A stretch of 63,635 nucleotides of DNA, counting the filler, from Licmophora abbreviata (taxonomy: Eukaryota): assembly GCA_900291995.1 (NCBI GenBank). It is 13 parts of 13 records of this genome, joined end to end, with 100 filler letters (N's around TTAATTAATTAA, not from the genome) between each part and the next. Parts side by side here need not be neighbours in the genome. Positions count along the whole stretch, not along the records: positions 19,201 to 39,666 come from OLMU01003694.1; positions 39,767 to 43,508 come from OLMU01003695.1; positions 43,609 to 46,254 come from OLMU01003696.1; 10 more parts are not named here. One strand, 5' to 3'. Every line of letters starts with the position of its first letter. Position 1 is the stretch's first letter. The notes below the pieces were generated by a model. It saw nothing but the letters and a program-made list of their open reading frames with translations. It did no database searches and was not told where the DNA came from. Made by a program: the position numbers and the translations under genes. This document shows, piece after piece, positions 35,237 to 46,354 of the stretch.

Positions 35237-36259
35237 ATGAAACGACATCGTGCGATGCGTCATCACAGGCAGAAACCCCACGAAACTCTTTTGACCAAGA
35301 AGCTTTTTCTAGCGCTCCTGAAACGCGATGTTAGAGGGATGAATCGTGTTCTGGATGCAGGGGCCTATCCAGGTGCCAATATGGTTCCGTTCGGGTTTCC
35401 TGGGTCGGTCACCATGGCGAAGGCGGTGGGCAGATTTGTCGCTGTGGAGGACGGACGACACGCAGATGCAGAATACCCAGTTTTCAGTCTAGCAGTCGTC
35501 CACGCTTGCGTTCACCCTACAGAGCTGCATCACCTTCAGGTTGTCAAGGAAATGCTCGCTCAGTATCCTGAATCAGTATTCGCTACTTCTCAAGGCCTCG
35601 TCGCACTTGCCGATGACGGCCGGAGGGTTGGCATACAGGATGGGTTGAATGCTCTCCAGTTTGTTTGTCGATTGGCAGGTATCTTCGGTTTCGAAATTCC
35701 GACTGACTTAACATGTGTGCTTATTAGTACCTCGCTTGAGCATGACGCAAGGATCAGCTCTCCTCTCAAGCTACTGAACAAGCTTCACGATGAGGACACG
35801 GCAAGCGGTGACTCTCTCGCGGACTTAGTCATTCGCTGTTCGGATGGAGTCACCGAGATTCCAGCTCACAAGACTATTTTAATGGCCGCAAGTCGATACT
35901 TTGGATGTCTCTTCAACAAATATTGGTGCCATGCGATCGAGAATGGTGTATGGGACTGCCAGGTGTCCCCCGTTGTCATGAAGGCCATCAAACAGTACAT
36001 TTACACGGGCGTTGTGTGCATGCATGAGCTGTCACAGGAACATGTCCAAGAGCTATTTCTCGTGTCTCATCGGTATGAGCTGTTGAATTTGTTTCATCTG
36101 AGCAAAACCTTCCTGATTGATTCCTTGTCACCGGCAAACGTGAACGCTCTTTTATCTTTGGCGGTCGAACGCGACGAAGATGCTGCGGACTTGATCGACG
36201 CGTGCAGAAGCATCATGCCCGAAAGCCCTGTCGACAAGCAGGCTATTGGAGTACGCTGA
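35237..36259 (+). CDS. Ankyrin-like + BTB/POZ protein, copy 4 (ORF is open from 35075)
   Basis: ADLVIRCSDGVTEIPAHKTILMAASRYF...IKQYIYTG, with the GLNALQF motif shared with its paralogs. Confidence 0.88.
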   Translation: MKRHRAMRHHRQKPHETLLTKKLFLALLKRDVRGMNRVLDAGAYPGANMVPFGFPGSVTMAKAVGRFVAVEDGRHADAEYPVFSLAVVHACVHPTELHHLQVVKEMLAQYPESVFATSQGLVALADDGRRVGIQDGLNALQFVCRLAGIFGFEIPTDLTCVLISTSLEHDARISSPLKLLNKLHDEDTASGDSLADLVIRCSDGVTEIPAHKTILMAASRYFGCLFNKYWCHAIENGVWDCQVSPVVMKAIKQYIYTGVVCMHELSQEHVQELFLVSHRYELLNLFHLSKTFLIDSLSPANVNALLSLAVERDEDAADLIDACRSIMPESPVDKQAIGVR

Positions 36260-36655
36260 GAGCGTTCTGGCGAACAGAGGCATGGAAGCGATTTGCTTTA
36301 TCCTCCGTTGAGCGAACGAAGTGACACGAAGCGCAAGAGAAGCTCCTCGCTCGAAGAGGGTAGAAAGTGACGCGGTGGATCGGCTACTGGTCCCTGTAAG
36401 AGAGCAGATAGTCTATGATTGCATGAGCTATTGTTTGCTAACAAGAAGCAATCCGTCGAAGAAGTGCTATTAGTGCTGGCATCCTTCCATTTCATAGTCC
36501 AGTCCGGTGGCGCGAAAACAAATTTGAAAGATCCAGAGTCAGTCACAGTCTATCTCCAATAGCACGAGGTCTGAGCTCCGCAACACAACGGAGGGACCAT
36601 CAGAGTCTCGTCGTTTGAGCAAAAAATTGCGCCCCATCTCTCACCGCAAAAAATC

Positions 36656-37432
36656 ATGATGAAACAAGTAAGTCACTATTGCATCGCTGGACAAGTAATC
36701 ATGCCGGAAACAGCGCACCCCCTTCCATTCCATTTCAATGGCGGAAAGGTAGAACATGTCTTTGAGTTTGACGACGAGACGCGATCCTACAAGGATTCCT
36801 TCACGTCCACAGCCGCTCAAGAGGCTCTGGAGCACTGTGACACTCGGTTCTTCTACAAGATTGACGGTTCCAATGGCGTGATTCGAGTCGAAAAAAGAGA
36901 AAACGGCAATGAAACGATTCTTTACGCATATCAACGTCTCGATACAAGAACGAAGCCTCCCCCCGAGCATTGCATACCGCTGCCCGAGACATGCGGGAAT
37001 GCCAGTACTTACACGGGCCACTCGTACTACTACGAGCCAATCACACTGCAGGTTCACGGCAAGAAACTTCTGAAGCGGAATCGTGGTATGCTGGAGGTAG
37101 TAGAACGACACAGAGAGATATTGCTGTCTTATAATCAAGAGTACGTTGCGATCGAGTGGGTGGGAGCCAAATTCAACAAGACGCCTGGGGTTGACTGCGA
37201 CGTGGCTCTCTCTGTACATGAACAACAAAGGGTGAGCGGAGAAGATATAGAAGCTATGGAACGAACGCATGCTGGTGTGAAGCGGCTCTTGTTGGAAGCG
37301 GACCCTCCGATTGAGGGGCTCATTCTCGAACACAACAACACGTTCTACAAAATCCGGAGCGATTCGTTTGATAAGAAGTGTCGATTCAAGACGAATCCAG
37401 AAACTGTGCGTCCACCTATATATCTTTCTTAA
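36656..37432 (+). CDS. ATP-dependent RNA ligase-like nucleotidyltransferase (RLIG1/C12orf29-like)
   Basis: Motif I KIDGSN, YQRLD, IEWVG.KFNKTP, motif IV IEGLIL and motif V YKIR, in the order expected for this family. Confidence 0.7.
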   Translation: MMKQVSHYCIAGQVIMPETAHPLPFHFNGGKVEHVFEFDDETRSYKDSFTSTAAQEALEHCDTRFFYKIDGSNGVIRVEKRENGNETILYAYQRLDTRTKPPPEHCIPLPETCGNASTYTGHSYYYEPITLQVHGKKLLKRNRGMLEVVERHREILLSYNQEYVAIEWVGAKFNKTPGVDCDVALSVHEQQRVSGEDIEAMERTHAGVKRLLLEADPPIEGLILEHNNTFYKIRSDSFDKKCRFKTNPETVRPPIYLS

Positions 37433-37686
37433 CCACGAAAAGAGTGAGGAAGTCGTGTGATTTGCTAGTTGTGTCCGATACTGGAGTTGTAAGGTACCCC
37501 GGTAGACTATTCGTACCGGCACGGCTTCGGAGGGCTCAAGGCAGTATGACGGAGACCCGGAGTGTGCCTGATGTCATTTCGACGGACGGCCGTACAGACA
37601 CGGGTACGCACTTCAACTTTCAAAACTTGAACCAGAGATGCGACGACGCGAGTTGATGGCTGATGGCCACAGAACATCCATCGAAC

Positions 37687-38889
37687 ATGGCCGTCAGGAT
37701 GTTTCGGTCGTTCCTGTGCTGCATAGGGTGCGCCGTGGCGTTCCTGGTGACGCCTTCTCATGGGTTTGTTGTCCCTAGTACGTCTAAAATCGGTTGCTTT
37801 ATGCGGAGATCAAACGGAGGACCGGCAGCAGGCGTCTCGGTCAGTCCGGGTGCTTGCAGTATGCTATCTAGTGCCACGGGCAAGGCGGCGTCAGGCTTCT
37901 CCAAGACGACCGCAAATCGGGGGCGAAAGACTCCATCTTCTACCACCTCGCTCTCCTCTACCGCTGAGCCTGAAACAGAAACTCCCCTCGAGATATCGTC
38001 TCCCGGTATGATTGGCGACGACGCAGCCTACTTCTCGTTCGAAGACCAGAAACTCGACGAATGGATCAAGTTCACCGCTGCAACTGGTACTGTACTGGCA
38101 GCTGTCTCGTATCTCTGGTTTATTCCCTCTGGCCCTCACTTTGGAGACGCCTTCTTGGAGACGATCCAGTCTACGCTCGGCACCACTGATCCGGCTGTCA
38201 CCGTCTTTAGCATGCTGTCAGTCTTTGCCTTTTTCCACAGTGGCTTGGCAGCCCTGAGACCATATTCGGAGGAGATTATTGGCCCCCGAGCACATCGCGT
38301 GGTCTTTGCCGTCGTGTCTTTGCCACTGGCACTCTCGTGCATATCCTACTTTGTCAATCACTGTCACGAGGGTACCCAATTCTGGGATGTCACCGATGTA
38401 CCTGGACTTCACGCGGCTCTATGGATTACTAATTTCGCATCCTTTCTGCTCCTATATCCCTCGACATTTAATTTGTTGGAGATTGCTGCCATTCAATCCC
38501 CACAATTGCATCTATGGGAGACTGGCGTGACTCGCATTACGCGTCATCCGCAGGCGATTGGGCAAATCATGTGGTGCGCGGCGCACTCGTTGTGGCTAGG
38601 TACCAGCACGGCTCTGGCTGCCAGTAGTATGCTGGTCGCGCATCACGTCTTTAGCATGTATCATGGCGACTATCGATTGAAACAGAGGCATGGGGATGCG
38701 TTTGAGGAAATCAAGAAGCGCACGAGCGTCGTTCCCTTTGCGGCGATCCTTGACGGGAGACAAGAGTTACCGGATGACTACTACAAGGAGTTCCTGCGAG
38801 GGCCATACTTTTTGGTGGTGGGTGGTACCATTGCAGCGTACTTCGCACATCCTTTTATGCAGGCAGGAGCAGCGTTGTTAAACTGGTAG
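37687..38889 (+). CDS. Z-ISO: 15-cis-zeta-carotene isomerase (NnrU family), plastid-targeted (start uncertain, ORF from 37663)
   Basis: HSGLAALR, RVVFAVVSLPLA, LYPSTFNLLEIAA, LWETGVTRITRHPQ and TSVVPFAAILDGRQ. Signal peptide ends SHG-FVVP, an ASAFAP-like cleavage. Confidence 0.93.
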   Translation: MAVRMFRSFLCCIGCAVAFLVTPSHGFVVPSTSKIGCFMRRSNGGPAAGVSVSPGACSMLSSATGKAASGFSKTTANRGRKTPSSTTSLSSTAEPETETPLEISSPGMIGDDAAYFSFEDQKLDEWIKFTAATGTVLAAVSYLWFIPSGPHFGDAFLETIQSTLGTTDPAVTVFSMLSVFAFFHSGLAALRPYSEEIIGPRAHRVVFAVVSLPLALSCISYFVNHCHEGTQFWDVTDVPGLHAALWITNFASFLLLYPSTFNLLEIAAIQSPQLHLWETGVTRITRHPQAIGQIMWCAAHSLWLGTSTALAASSMLVAHHVFSMYHGDYRLKQRHGDAFEEIKKRTSVVPFAAILDGRQELPDDYYKEFLRGPYFLVVGGTIAAYFAHPFMQAGAALLNW

Positions 38890-39087
38890 TAGGAAGGAAC
38901 ATACTGCTATCGGCGTCAGGTTAGATCACATCTTGTCAGTCTCTAGCCACGGCGAACACATACGAAACCGTATCCTCTAAAATCTTATTCCTTATGTAAT
39001 ACATCGACAACTAAATGCACTGCTTTACATAACGGTAGCACATTACCAAGCATGGGCACTGGGAGTGTAGTCACGTCCGCGATCCCC

Positions 39088-41260
39088 CTAGGACTGTTTC
39101 CCGTCATTGACGGTGGACCGAAGAACTCGTCGGGATCTTCCGCCTTTTCCCTTACCCTTCCCTGCTGACAACTTGGAATGGCTCTTCGACTGAATCTGGT
39201 CCTTCTTTCCTTTACCACCCTTGCCCTTGGATCCGCCCGGAGATCCGCCCTTGCCCTTGGATCCACCCGGAGATCCGCCCTTGCCCTTGGATCCACCCGG
39301 AGATCCGCCCTTGCCTTTGGATCCACCTGGAGATCCGCCCTTGCCTTTGGATCCACCCGGCGATGGGCCAGGAGATCCGCTCTTGGATCCACCCGGCGAT
39401 GGGCCCGGAGATCCGCTCTTGGATCCACCCGGCGATGGGCCCGGAGATCCACCAGGAGACCCGCCCTTAGAGGATCCACCTGGAGATGGACCTGGCGATC
39501 CACCCTTAGAAGATCCACCTGGAGATGGACCTGGGGATCCACCAGGAGATCCGCCCTTAGAAGATCCACCTGGAGATGGACCTGGCGATCCACCAGGAGA
39601 CCCGCCCTTAGAAGATCCACCTGGAGATGGACCTGGGGATCCACCAGGAGATCCGCCCTTGGAAGANNNNNNNNNNNNNNNNNNNNNNNNNNNNNNNNNN
39701 NNNNNNNNNNTTAATTAATTAANNNNNNNNNNNNNNNNNNNNNNNNNNNNNNNNNNNNNNNNNNNNAGACGGACCTGGCGATCCACCCGGAGACGGACCT
39801 GGGGATCCACCAGGAGATGGACCTGGGGATCCACCCGGAGACGGTCCTGGTTGAGCTCCAGCCGAAGGCGGTCGCGAAGGTGGAAGTACAGGAGGTCGTA
39901 CAGGCGCATCTGTCGGTTCATCGGTTGCTGGGATCGCCTCAGATATCGGCTGTGGAGTGGGCTCAAGAACCGGGACGGGTGTAGGATCCGGGGTGGGATC
40001 CGGAGTCGGCGCCGGTGTAGGATCGGGAGTGACTGGCTGGGCGGCAGTAAATGGAGCGGGTGTCGGCGGTGGGACGCCGCAATGGGCAGGAGTGTTGTCG
40101 CAAAATCCAAACGGGGAGCAGCAAAGACTCTCGTCTTCGCAACGACCGTGGCCTACCGTGCCGTCGCCGCAAGGGGGGCAGCCCGAGTCGCAGAACTCGG
40201 CATCCGTTCCGCAGAAGCCGAAAGGAGAACAGCATTCGCCCAAGTCTTCACAGATACCGTTTCCGATTGTTCCGCCGCCACAGCTGGTCCTGTATAAGAA
40301 AAGTGAATGAAGAATCGAGACGGTGAGAAACTAGTGGGGCAAATCACGGCACACATCCCAATCGAGGGGGACGAATTGACTTGTGTGTTATCGTCGCTAC
40401 GTACCATCTGGATCCGTCACCTGGCAACTGGGGACTGGCGCTGGTGTAGGATCCGGCGTGGGATCGGGGGTAGGCGCTGGTGTAGGATCCGGTATGGGAT
40501 CGGGTGTCGGCGCTGGCGTTGGCTCGGGAGTTGCAGGAGTGGCTGGCACAATCGGGGCTGCCGAAGGCGACGCGGAAGGAGCCTCAATCAAGCAAGCAGT
40601 AAAGCTGTTGTAGTAGTATTCGGAGACACTGGGATTCAGCATGTTCTGCACCACTGCTGTGACCTCGAAGGTCAAGAACTCGAGGGCTTCGTCGATGCGG
40701 AACCCGGCCTTCGTATTTGTCTTCCGCAAGTCGCTCGTGTGGGTCGCACCTCCAAGGCCCTCCTCGTTCAAACAGACGTCTGATAATTGAATGTCGGTGG
40801 AATCTTGGTAAATCGTAATGGTATCGGTGGAGTCGAATCCGGGTGGACCATTGATGCGCCAAAGGAAGCCAATAAAGTAGGCGCTAGGCTGTATGGTCGA
40901 GAGCGCAATCTCGTGGTCGACTCCGACGACGATATTGTCAGTGCAGTTTTCGATGTGCATACAGAACCCATCGAGTGTGAATTCCAGACCTGGACGAGAG
41001 AGAGGAACGAGACGCAAGGAATCCAATGAGTCTACTGCCCACCAAAGCATCATATACGATACCCAAAACTCGAGTCGTTTCGCCACTTTGAACTTACCCC
41101 CAGCATCGAGCGACCCGAAAATCGTGGAAGTGAATCCAGACTCAACATTCGTGTTTCCGGCACTACAGGACGTAAACCCAGTGCTAGCATAGTCTCCAGA
41201 CACCTTCTGGAGCACAAACACCGCAGCAAACAGGCAAAAAGCTCTTGCAATTACGGACAT
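39088..41260 (-). CDS. Secreted Reeler-like + two hevein/CBM18 domains + Pro-Thr stalks + SKGG/SPGG repeats + Lys/Gly tail; spans gap 39667-39766
   Basis: Exon 1 41260-41098; exon 2 40989 to about 40402; exon 3 from 40289 (junction phase uncertain). FIGFLWRI, GATHT, two CCSPFGFC. Tail KSHSKLSAGKGKGKGGRSRRVLRSTVNDGKQS, stop at 39088. Confidence 0.78.
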
Positions 41261-42125
41261 GGTCGACACGACGGCTGCACGACTCTGACCCGATTTCAAG
41301 TTTTGAAAAATTGTGACAAAGCGCACCTCCAAGGCTTGTGCCCCTTAGTTCAATCTTGTCACGGGAGTGGAATTTTCAAATGTCAGTTCTGCTACAAGAC
41401 CTGATCTACAACATACCAAATTACACATTTATGACTGTATGTTTGCGAATGCAATAGGAATTATTCTCTCTAGCTAAATATATCGATTTAGTTAAATGAA
41501 ATTTTTGAACGACAAAAACTTCATCGTTCGGGTACTTCTGAGTCAATCTGCGCCTCTGTAGTGTTGTTCATTTAAACTCATTCCACCTCGAAGGGACGGG
41601 GAGTGGCATGGCACATGTTACCTTGAACCTACAACACTAAACACGTGGAAGACGACCACACGACCTTTTTGGCTTGTGACTCACATGAAAATTCAAAACA
41701 TAGGCCGCCACGTAAGTTAGCCTGCCGATACACTTTGGAAGTCGCGAGTAGACAGAAAGCACGACCGATTCGCTTGACATGATCGTTCCAATCAGGAGAA
41801 CAATCTTTATTACTATACATGCTAGAGAGGTCTCTATGTACATTCCGGTACATTCGGTCCTTGGGGACTTACAGTTGGTCCCTGCTATCATACAGAAGAG
41901 AAGACATGGCCGACTCGAACGCGACAATCAGCCTCTTGAGGAGAGTAGCCTACGTTGTACCTGCGAGGATGTGGATATATGTTCCTAGGATGATCTGGTA
42001 CTCTTTTCAAATGCTACAATCATACAATCATACACAAGGGAATATCGGCCCGCCATCAAAGCATACAATATACAATGCATGCATTCCGGAGTAATATCAA
42101 CATGCAATCCATTCAATTCAAGCGT

Positions 42126-45100
42126 TCAGAGTCCAAGAATGTCCCCATTCCGTCGAGTCTTTCCACCCTTGGCACGGGCGTTCGTCGAGGCGCGAAGCTT
42201 GGCGTGGGCCTTCGACTTGCCCTTAGGTTTCCGCTCGGTCCTGATACTGTCCCCTTTGCTTCCACCGACTGTACGATCGGAACCCTTGGTCTTGCCCTTT
42301 GCCTTACTCTTGGAGACCGGGGCGCGGGGTTTGGTATCATTACGATCGGTACTGGTACCCTTGGTCTTGCCCTTGGAAACCGGCGCGCGGGGTTTGGCAT
42401 CGGTACGATCGGTACCCTTCGTCTTGCCCTTGGCCTTGCCCTTCGACACCGGGGCTCGGGGTTTGGTGGGTTTGGTAGGAGCTCTCTCCTGAGTAGGCAC
42501 TGGTGTCGGCTTTTGGGAGCGAAAGCAATCGAGTTAGAATATTCTCGTTCGTAACTTATGTAAACAAGTATCAATCATATGCACTTACCTTGGGACTGGG
42601 TCTCGGTGTGGGATCCACCCGCGGGGTCGTAGGCGCTGGAGTGGGTTTCGGCGTTGGTTTAGGAGTGGGATCTACTCTCGGCGTTGTGGGCGCTGGAGTT
42701 GGCCTGCGGGTCGGTTTCGCAGTGGGATCCACCCTTGGGGTCGTTGGCGCCGGGGTAGGTTTCGGCGTCGGTTTAGGAGTGGGATCCACCCTTGGGGTCG
42801 TAGGCGCTGGAGTTGGCCTGTGGGTCGGTTTCGAAGTGGGATCTACTCTCGGCGTTGTGGGCGCTGGAGTTGGCCTGCGGGTCGGTTTCGAAGTGGGATC
42901 TACTCTCGGCGTTGTGGGCGCTGGAGTTGGCTTGGGAGTTGGTTTCGATGTGGGATCCACCCTTGGGGTCGTAGGCGCCGGAGTGGGTTTCGGCGTCGGT
43001 TTAGGAGTGGGATCCACCCTTGGGGTCGTAGGCGCTGGAGTTGGCTTGGGAGTTGGTTTCGATGTGGGATCCACCCGCGGGGTCGTAGGCGCTGGAGTTG
43101 GCCTGCGGGTCGGTTTCGAAGTGGGATCTACTCTCGGCGTTGTGGGCGCTGGAGTTGGCTTGGGAGTTGGTTTCGATGTGGGATCCACCCTCGGGGTCGT
43201 CGGCGCCGGTGTAGGTTCCGGCGTCGGCTTGGGAGTTGGTTTCGAAGTTGGATCTACCCTTGGCGTCGTAGGTTCCGGAGTTGGCTTCGGCGTCGGCTTG
43301 GGAGTCGGTTTCGAAGTGGGATCCACCCTAGGGGTCGTCGGCGCCGGTGTAGGTTCCGGCGTCGGCTTGGGAGTTGGTTTCGAAGTTGGATCTACCCTTG
43401 GCGTCGTAGGTTCCGGAGTTGGCTTCGGCGTCGGCTTGGGAGTCGGTTTCGAAGTGGGATCCACCCTGGGGGTCGTCGGCGCCGGTGTAGGTTTCGGCGT
43501 CGGCTTGGNNNNNNNNNNNNNNNNNNNNNNNNNNNNNNNNNNNNNNNNNNNNTTAATTAATTAANNNNNNNNNNNNNNNNNNNNNNNNNNNNNNNNNNNN
43601 NNNNNNNNGGGTCGACGCGCGGAATCGTGGGCTCTGGACTTGGTGCTGGAGTCGCGCCAACCCAAGAGAAGAGAGTTTCGCCGCTCGCAAAGCACATAGA
43701 CGAGCCCTCAGGGCCCTCACCGACGACTCGGGCCGTTGTTTTCTCCCAGGTGGTCTCGCATCTGTTGACAAGATCAGCTTCAACTGTTGTGTGGGAAACC
43801 CCCGGAGCTATCAACGTCTCGCACCTTGATCCCGAATCGCATCTCACGCGGAGGCTCAAGGACTCGCCGTTACGCGTCCTAGTGAGCTCCGTCAGAAGAA
43901 AGTCGACCGGACCAGAGTTTGTCACGATATACTCGTACTCAATGTCCATCATACATTTCTCTTCCCCATCCGAATTCGAGTAGCCAACAAGGGTCAGACC
44001 CCCATATTGCTTGTTCAGAGTCAACCCATCTTCACCGCACGACGCGTCAAGGTTGAGAAACTGACGTATTTCACTTCCGTCTGCTCGATTGAGTGTGACA
44101 GACAAGGACTCGGGAAGAGGCGCTCCGCCGTCATCGACGCATATCTCATCCCCCGTACCAAGCGTCTCGTTGTTGAACACGTCAGGGGATGCCCCCCTTC
44201 TCACGACTACTTGAGCAAGCTCCAAGGGCCCGCCATTGAGGTCAGTACATCCGTCCAGCCCGTAGCGTCCCCGCGGTGCGCCATCGTCGCAGGTACCGGC
44301 GGTGTAAAGAAAGCAAAGCTTCGTGGGGGTAGCAGTGCATTGGACCGCATCAACTGGGGTGATTGCGTTACAGAGCATCGTACTGGGAGCTCCGCTGGTG
44401 CTGCATTTCATATTGAACAGGACACCACAATTTGCGTACGTCGGCTCCCGGGTGGGATCTACCCTTCGGATAGTTGGCTTCGGTGTTGGATCTACTCTCG
44501 GCATTGTAGGCGCCACTGTTGGTCTTGGCGTCGGTTTGAGAGTAGGATCAGTCCTCGGGATCGTTGGTGAGGGAGTTGGTTTCGGAGTAGGCTGTAGAGG
44601 AAGGAGCAATGGGACGGAAGACTCGTGCCGTGAGCCTTGAGACCGAGTCAATCGTTATTCAGGCGCTACTCGCACTGGACTTACCTTTGTAGGGACTGAG
44701 TCCGAACGGTCAGGACCATTGTCGCTACACCACTCATAGCCTGTCCCGCAGAATCCCCAACGAGAACAGCAGACAGTTCTCTCCTCACAAACTCCATTCC
44801 CTGTGTTTTCATCTCCACACCACGTCCACCCACTCCAAAAGCAGTGGTCGTCTGTGTAGCCGCAATAACCATCTATTGAACAGCATTGGGTCCTATCGAC
44901 ACAGACCCCGTTCCCCCTCGTTCCTCCACCGCATGGGCCCTCGTCATTTCTATCCATGACCGGACTGGGAGTAGGACAGTACTCGACACCACAATATCCA
45001 TCCTGAGAGCAGCACTCGTCAGGTTCGAAGCATACCCCGCTGAGAAAATGGCCTTCTCCACACCATGTGGCGTCCACCACTGTAGAGAGGCCTCCGAGGA

Positions 45101-45137
45101 GAAGCACTAGAGCGTACAGGAGGGCGAGATTCATCAT
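42126..45137 (-). CDS. Secreted mucin-like protein: three hevein/CBM18 domains, Cys-rich central domain, long PTPKPT/RVDPT repeats, Lys-rich tail; spans gap 43509-43608
   Basis: Signal peptide, CCSQDGYCG / CCSIDGYCG / CCSRWGFCG. Phase-0 GTAAGT introns at 44684-44592 and 42588-42510 join the ORFs in frame. Confidence 0.82.
42589..43508 (-). repeat. Coding tandem repeat with 60-bp and 72-bp units ([19 protein letters not shown])
   Basis: About 14 RVDPT units seen directly, running into the gap. Confidence 0.92.
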
Positions 45138-45742
45138 AGTCTACAACATTATGGAGGCGATGCGTGTCAAGCGCAGGGTTCGGGTCCATTCATTGATCTC
45201 TCACTCCTAAACAATCTCTACAAAATGCTTCGATATCCGAACCGTCGACCATGCACTATGCGAGTCTTGCGTTCGTCTTTTCATATGCTCCGTCATTAAT
45301 ATAAATTATTGATAGATTCGCAAGAAAAAGTGTAGAATTAAATATTCACTTATGAGAAGTTGCATTTTGTAAGTCACGCCAAAGCAGTGATAGTCGACCT
45401 GTCAAATATCAAAAGTGTTTTTCGCTGGATTGTGCCTTGCCCTCAAAGAAAGTTCCTCACCGTGACGAGAATCATACGACATCACATCTCAGACCTCCGA
45501 CAGCACGATACGATGACGGAAATCTACGAAGCATGCCGAGGTTACTACAGTTTTGTGGAGAAGCTCATGCAGTCAGATACCGGCACATCCTTATGGCCTG
45601 TTCCAAGGCTCCGTGATCCCGAATGATGCGAGCGGCTTGATGAGAGCCTCCTTGCACTTCTCGTGTAAGATCTAGTGCAGCAACGACGAAGCTTGATTTC
45701 TTTCCATTTAGTATCGCCAACCTTCGCATGAACGCAACGACT

Positions 45743-46135
45743 CTATTTGCTGTTGCACTGGGCGACAGGAGAATGGTCCTGGAGTCGGCTTCTGGGTCGA
45801 TTGGAAGTCGAGTCGAGAGAAAATGCATATCGCCCAGGCCGATAATCATAGTTCAGCTTCAGTACGGGATCTGCCCTTGGATTTTTTGGCCCAGGCGTTG
45901 GTTTCGGGGTTGGATCAATGCGTGGTATCGTCGGTTTGAGCGTCGGATCTTCTCTGTTGTCGCGTTCGGCGTTGGCTTTTTCGTCGCATCTAGGTTTCGG
46001 CGTTGTCGGCTCTGGGGTTGGCTTGGGCGTAGGCTTAAAAATCAGGTTCATTCTTGGTGTCGGCTCCGAAACTGCGATTCTTGACGAACGGTCGCTGTCG
46101 CACCTCTCCGGGAAGGGTCGGCAATTGATTTTCAA
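45743..46135 (-). pseudogene. Degenerate fragment related to the [11 protein letters not shown] proteins (relic, or a 3' exon of the neighbouring gene)
   Basis: [32 protein letters not shown] and PRADP, with no signal peptide or ATG. Confidence 0.5.
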
Positions 46136-46354
46136 GATGTCTGAAGCATATCATCCATAATGTCTGTCGACCACGATACCAGCACAACATCCGACACCCG
46201 CTCCTATCAATCGAAAATCGCATGCTTGTTCAAAGGAAAAGCCGCCGCCAACTGNNNNNNNNNNNNNNNNNNNNNNNNNNNNNNNNNNNNNNNNNNNNTT
46301 AATTAATTAANNNNNNNNNNNNNNNNNNNNNNNNNNNNNNNNNNNNNNNNNNNN

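Noticed and set aside
36641..37522. 293-aa ORF antisense to the RNA ligase (similarly 6688-7695 and 28807-29292)
   Set aside because: No recognisable motifs; overlaps a better-supported gene on the other strand.
39178..39718. PPGDGPGD, RRSTW and VDLQVHLQ repeat ORFs (also 9903-10415, 12431-13108)
   Set aside because: Alternative frames of the SPGG repeat. Only the SPGG frame continues into the K/G tail conserved in three genes.
42589..43508. Regularly spaced GTGGGATC(C/T)AC repeats resembling a CRISPR array
   Set aside because: The intervening sequences are also repeated and vary mainly at synonymous positions; no cas genes; eukaryotic context.
42503..43564. Elastin/silk-like GVGAGV ORF on the plus strand (also 47172-47702, 39957-40310)
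   Set aside because: Antisense shadow of the Pro-Thr repeats; the signal peptides and splice sites are on the minus strand.
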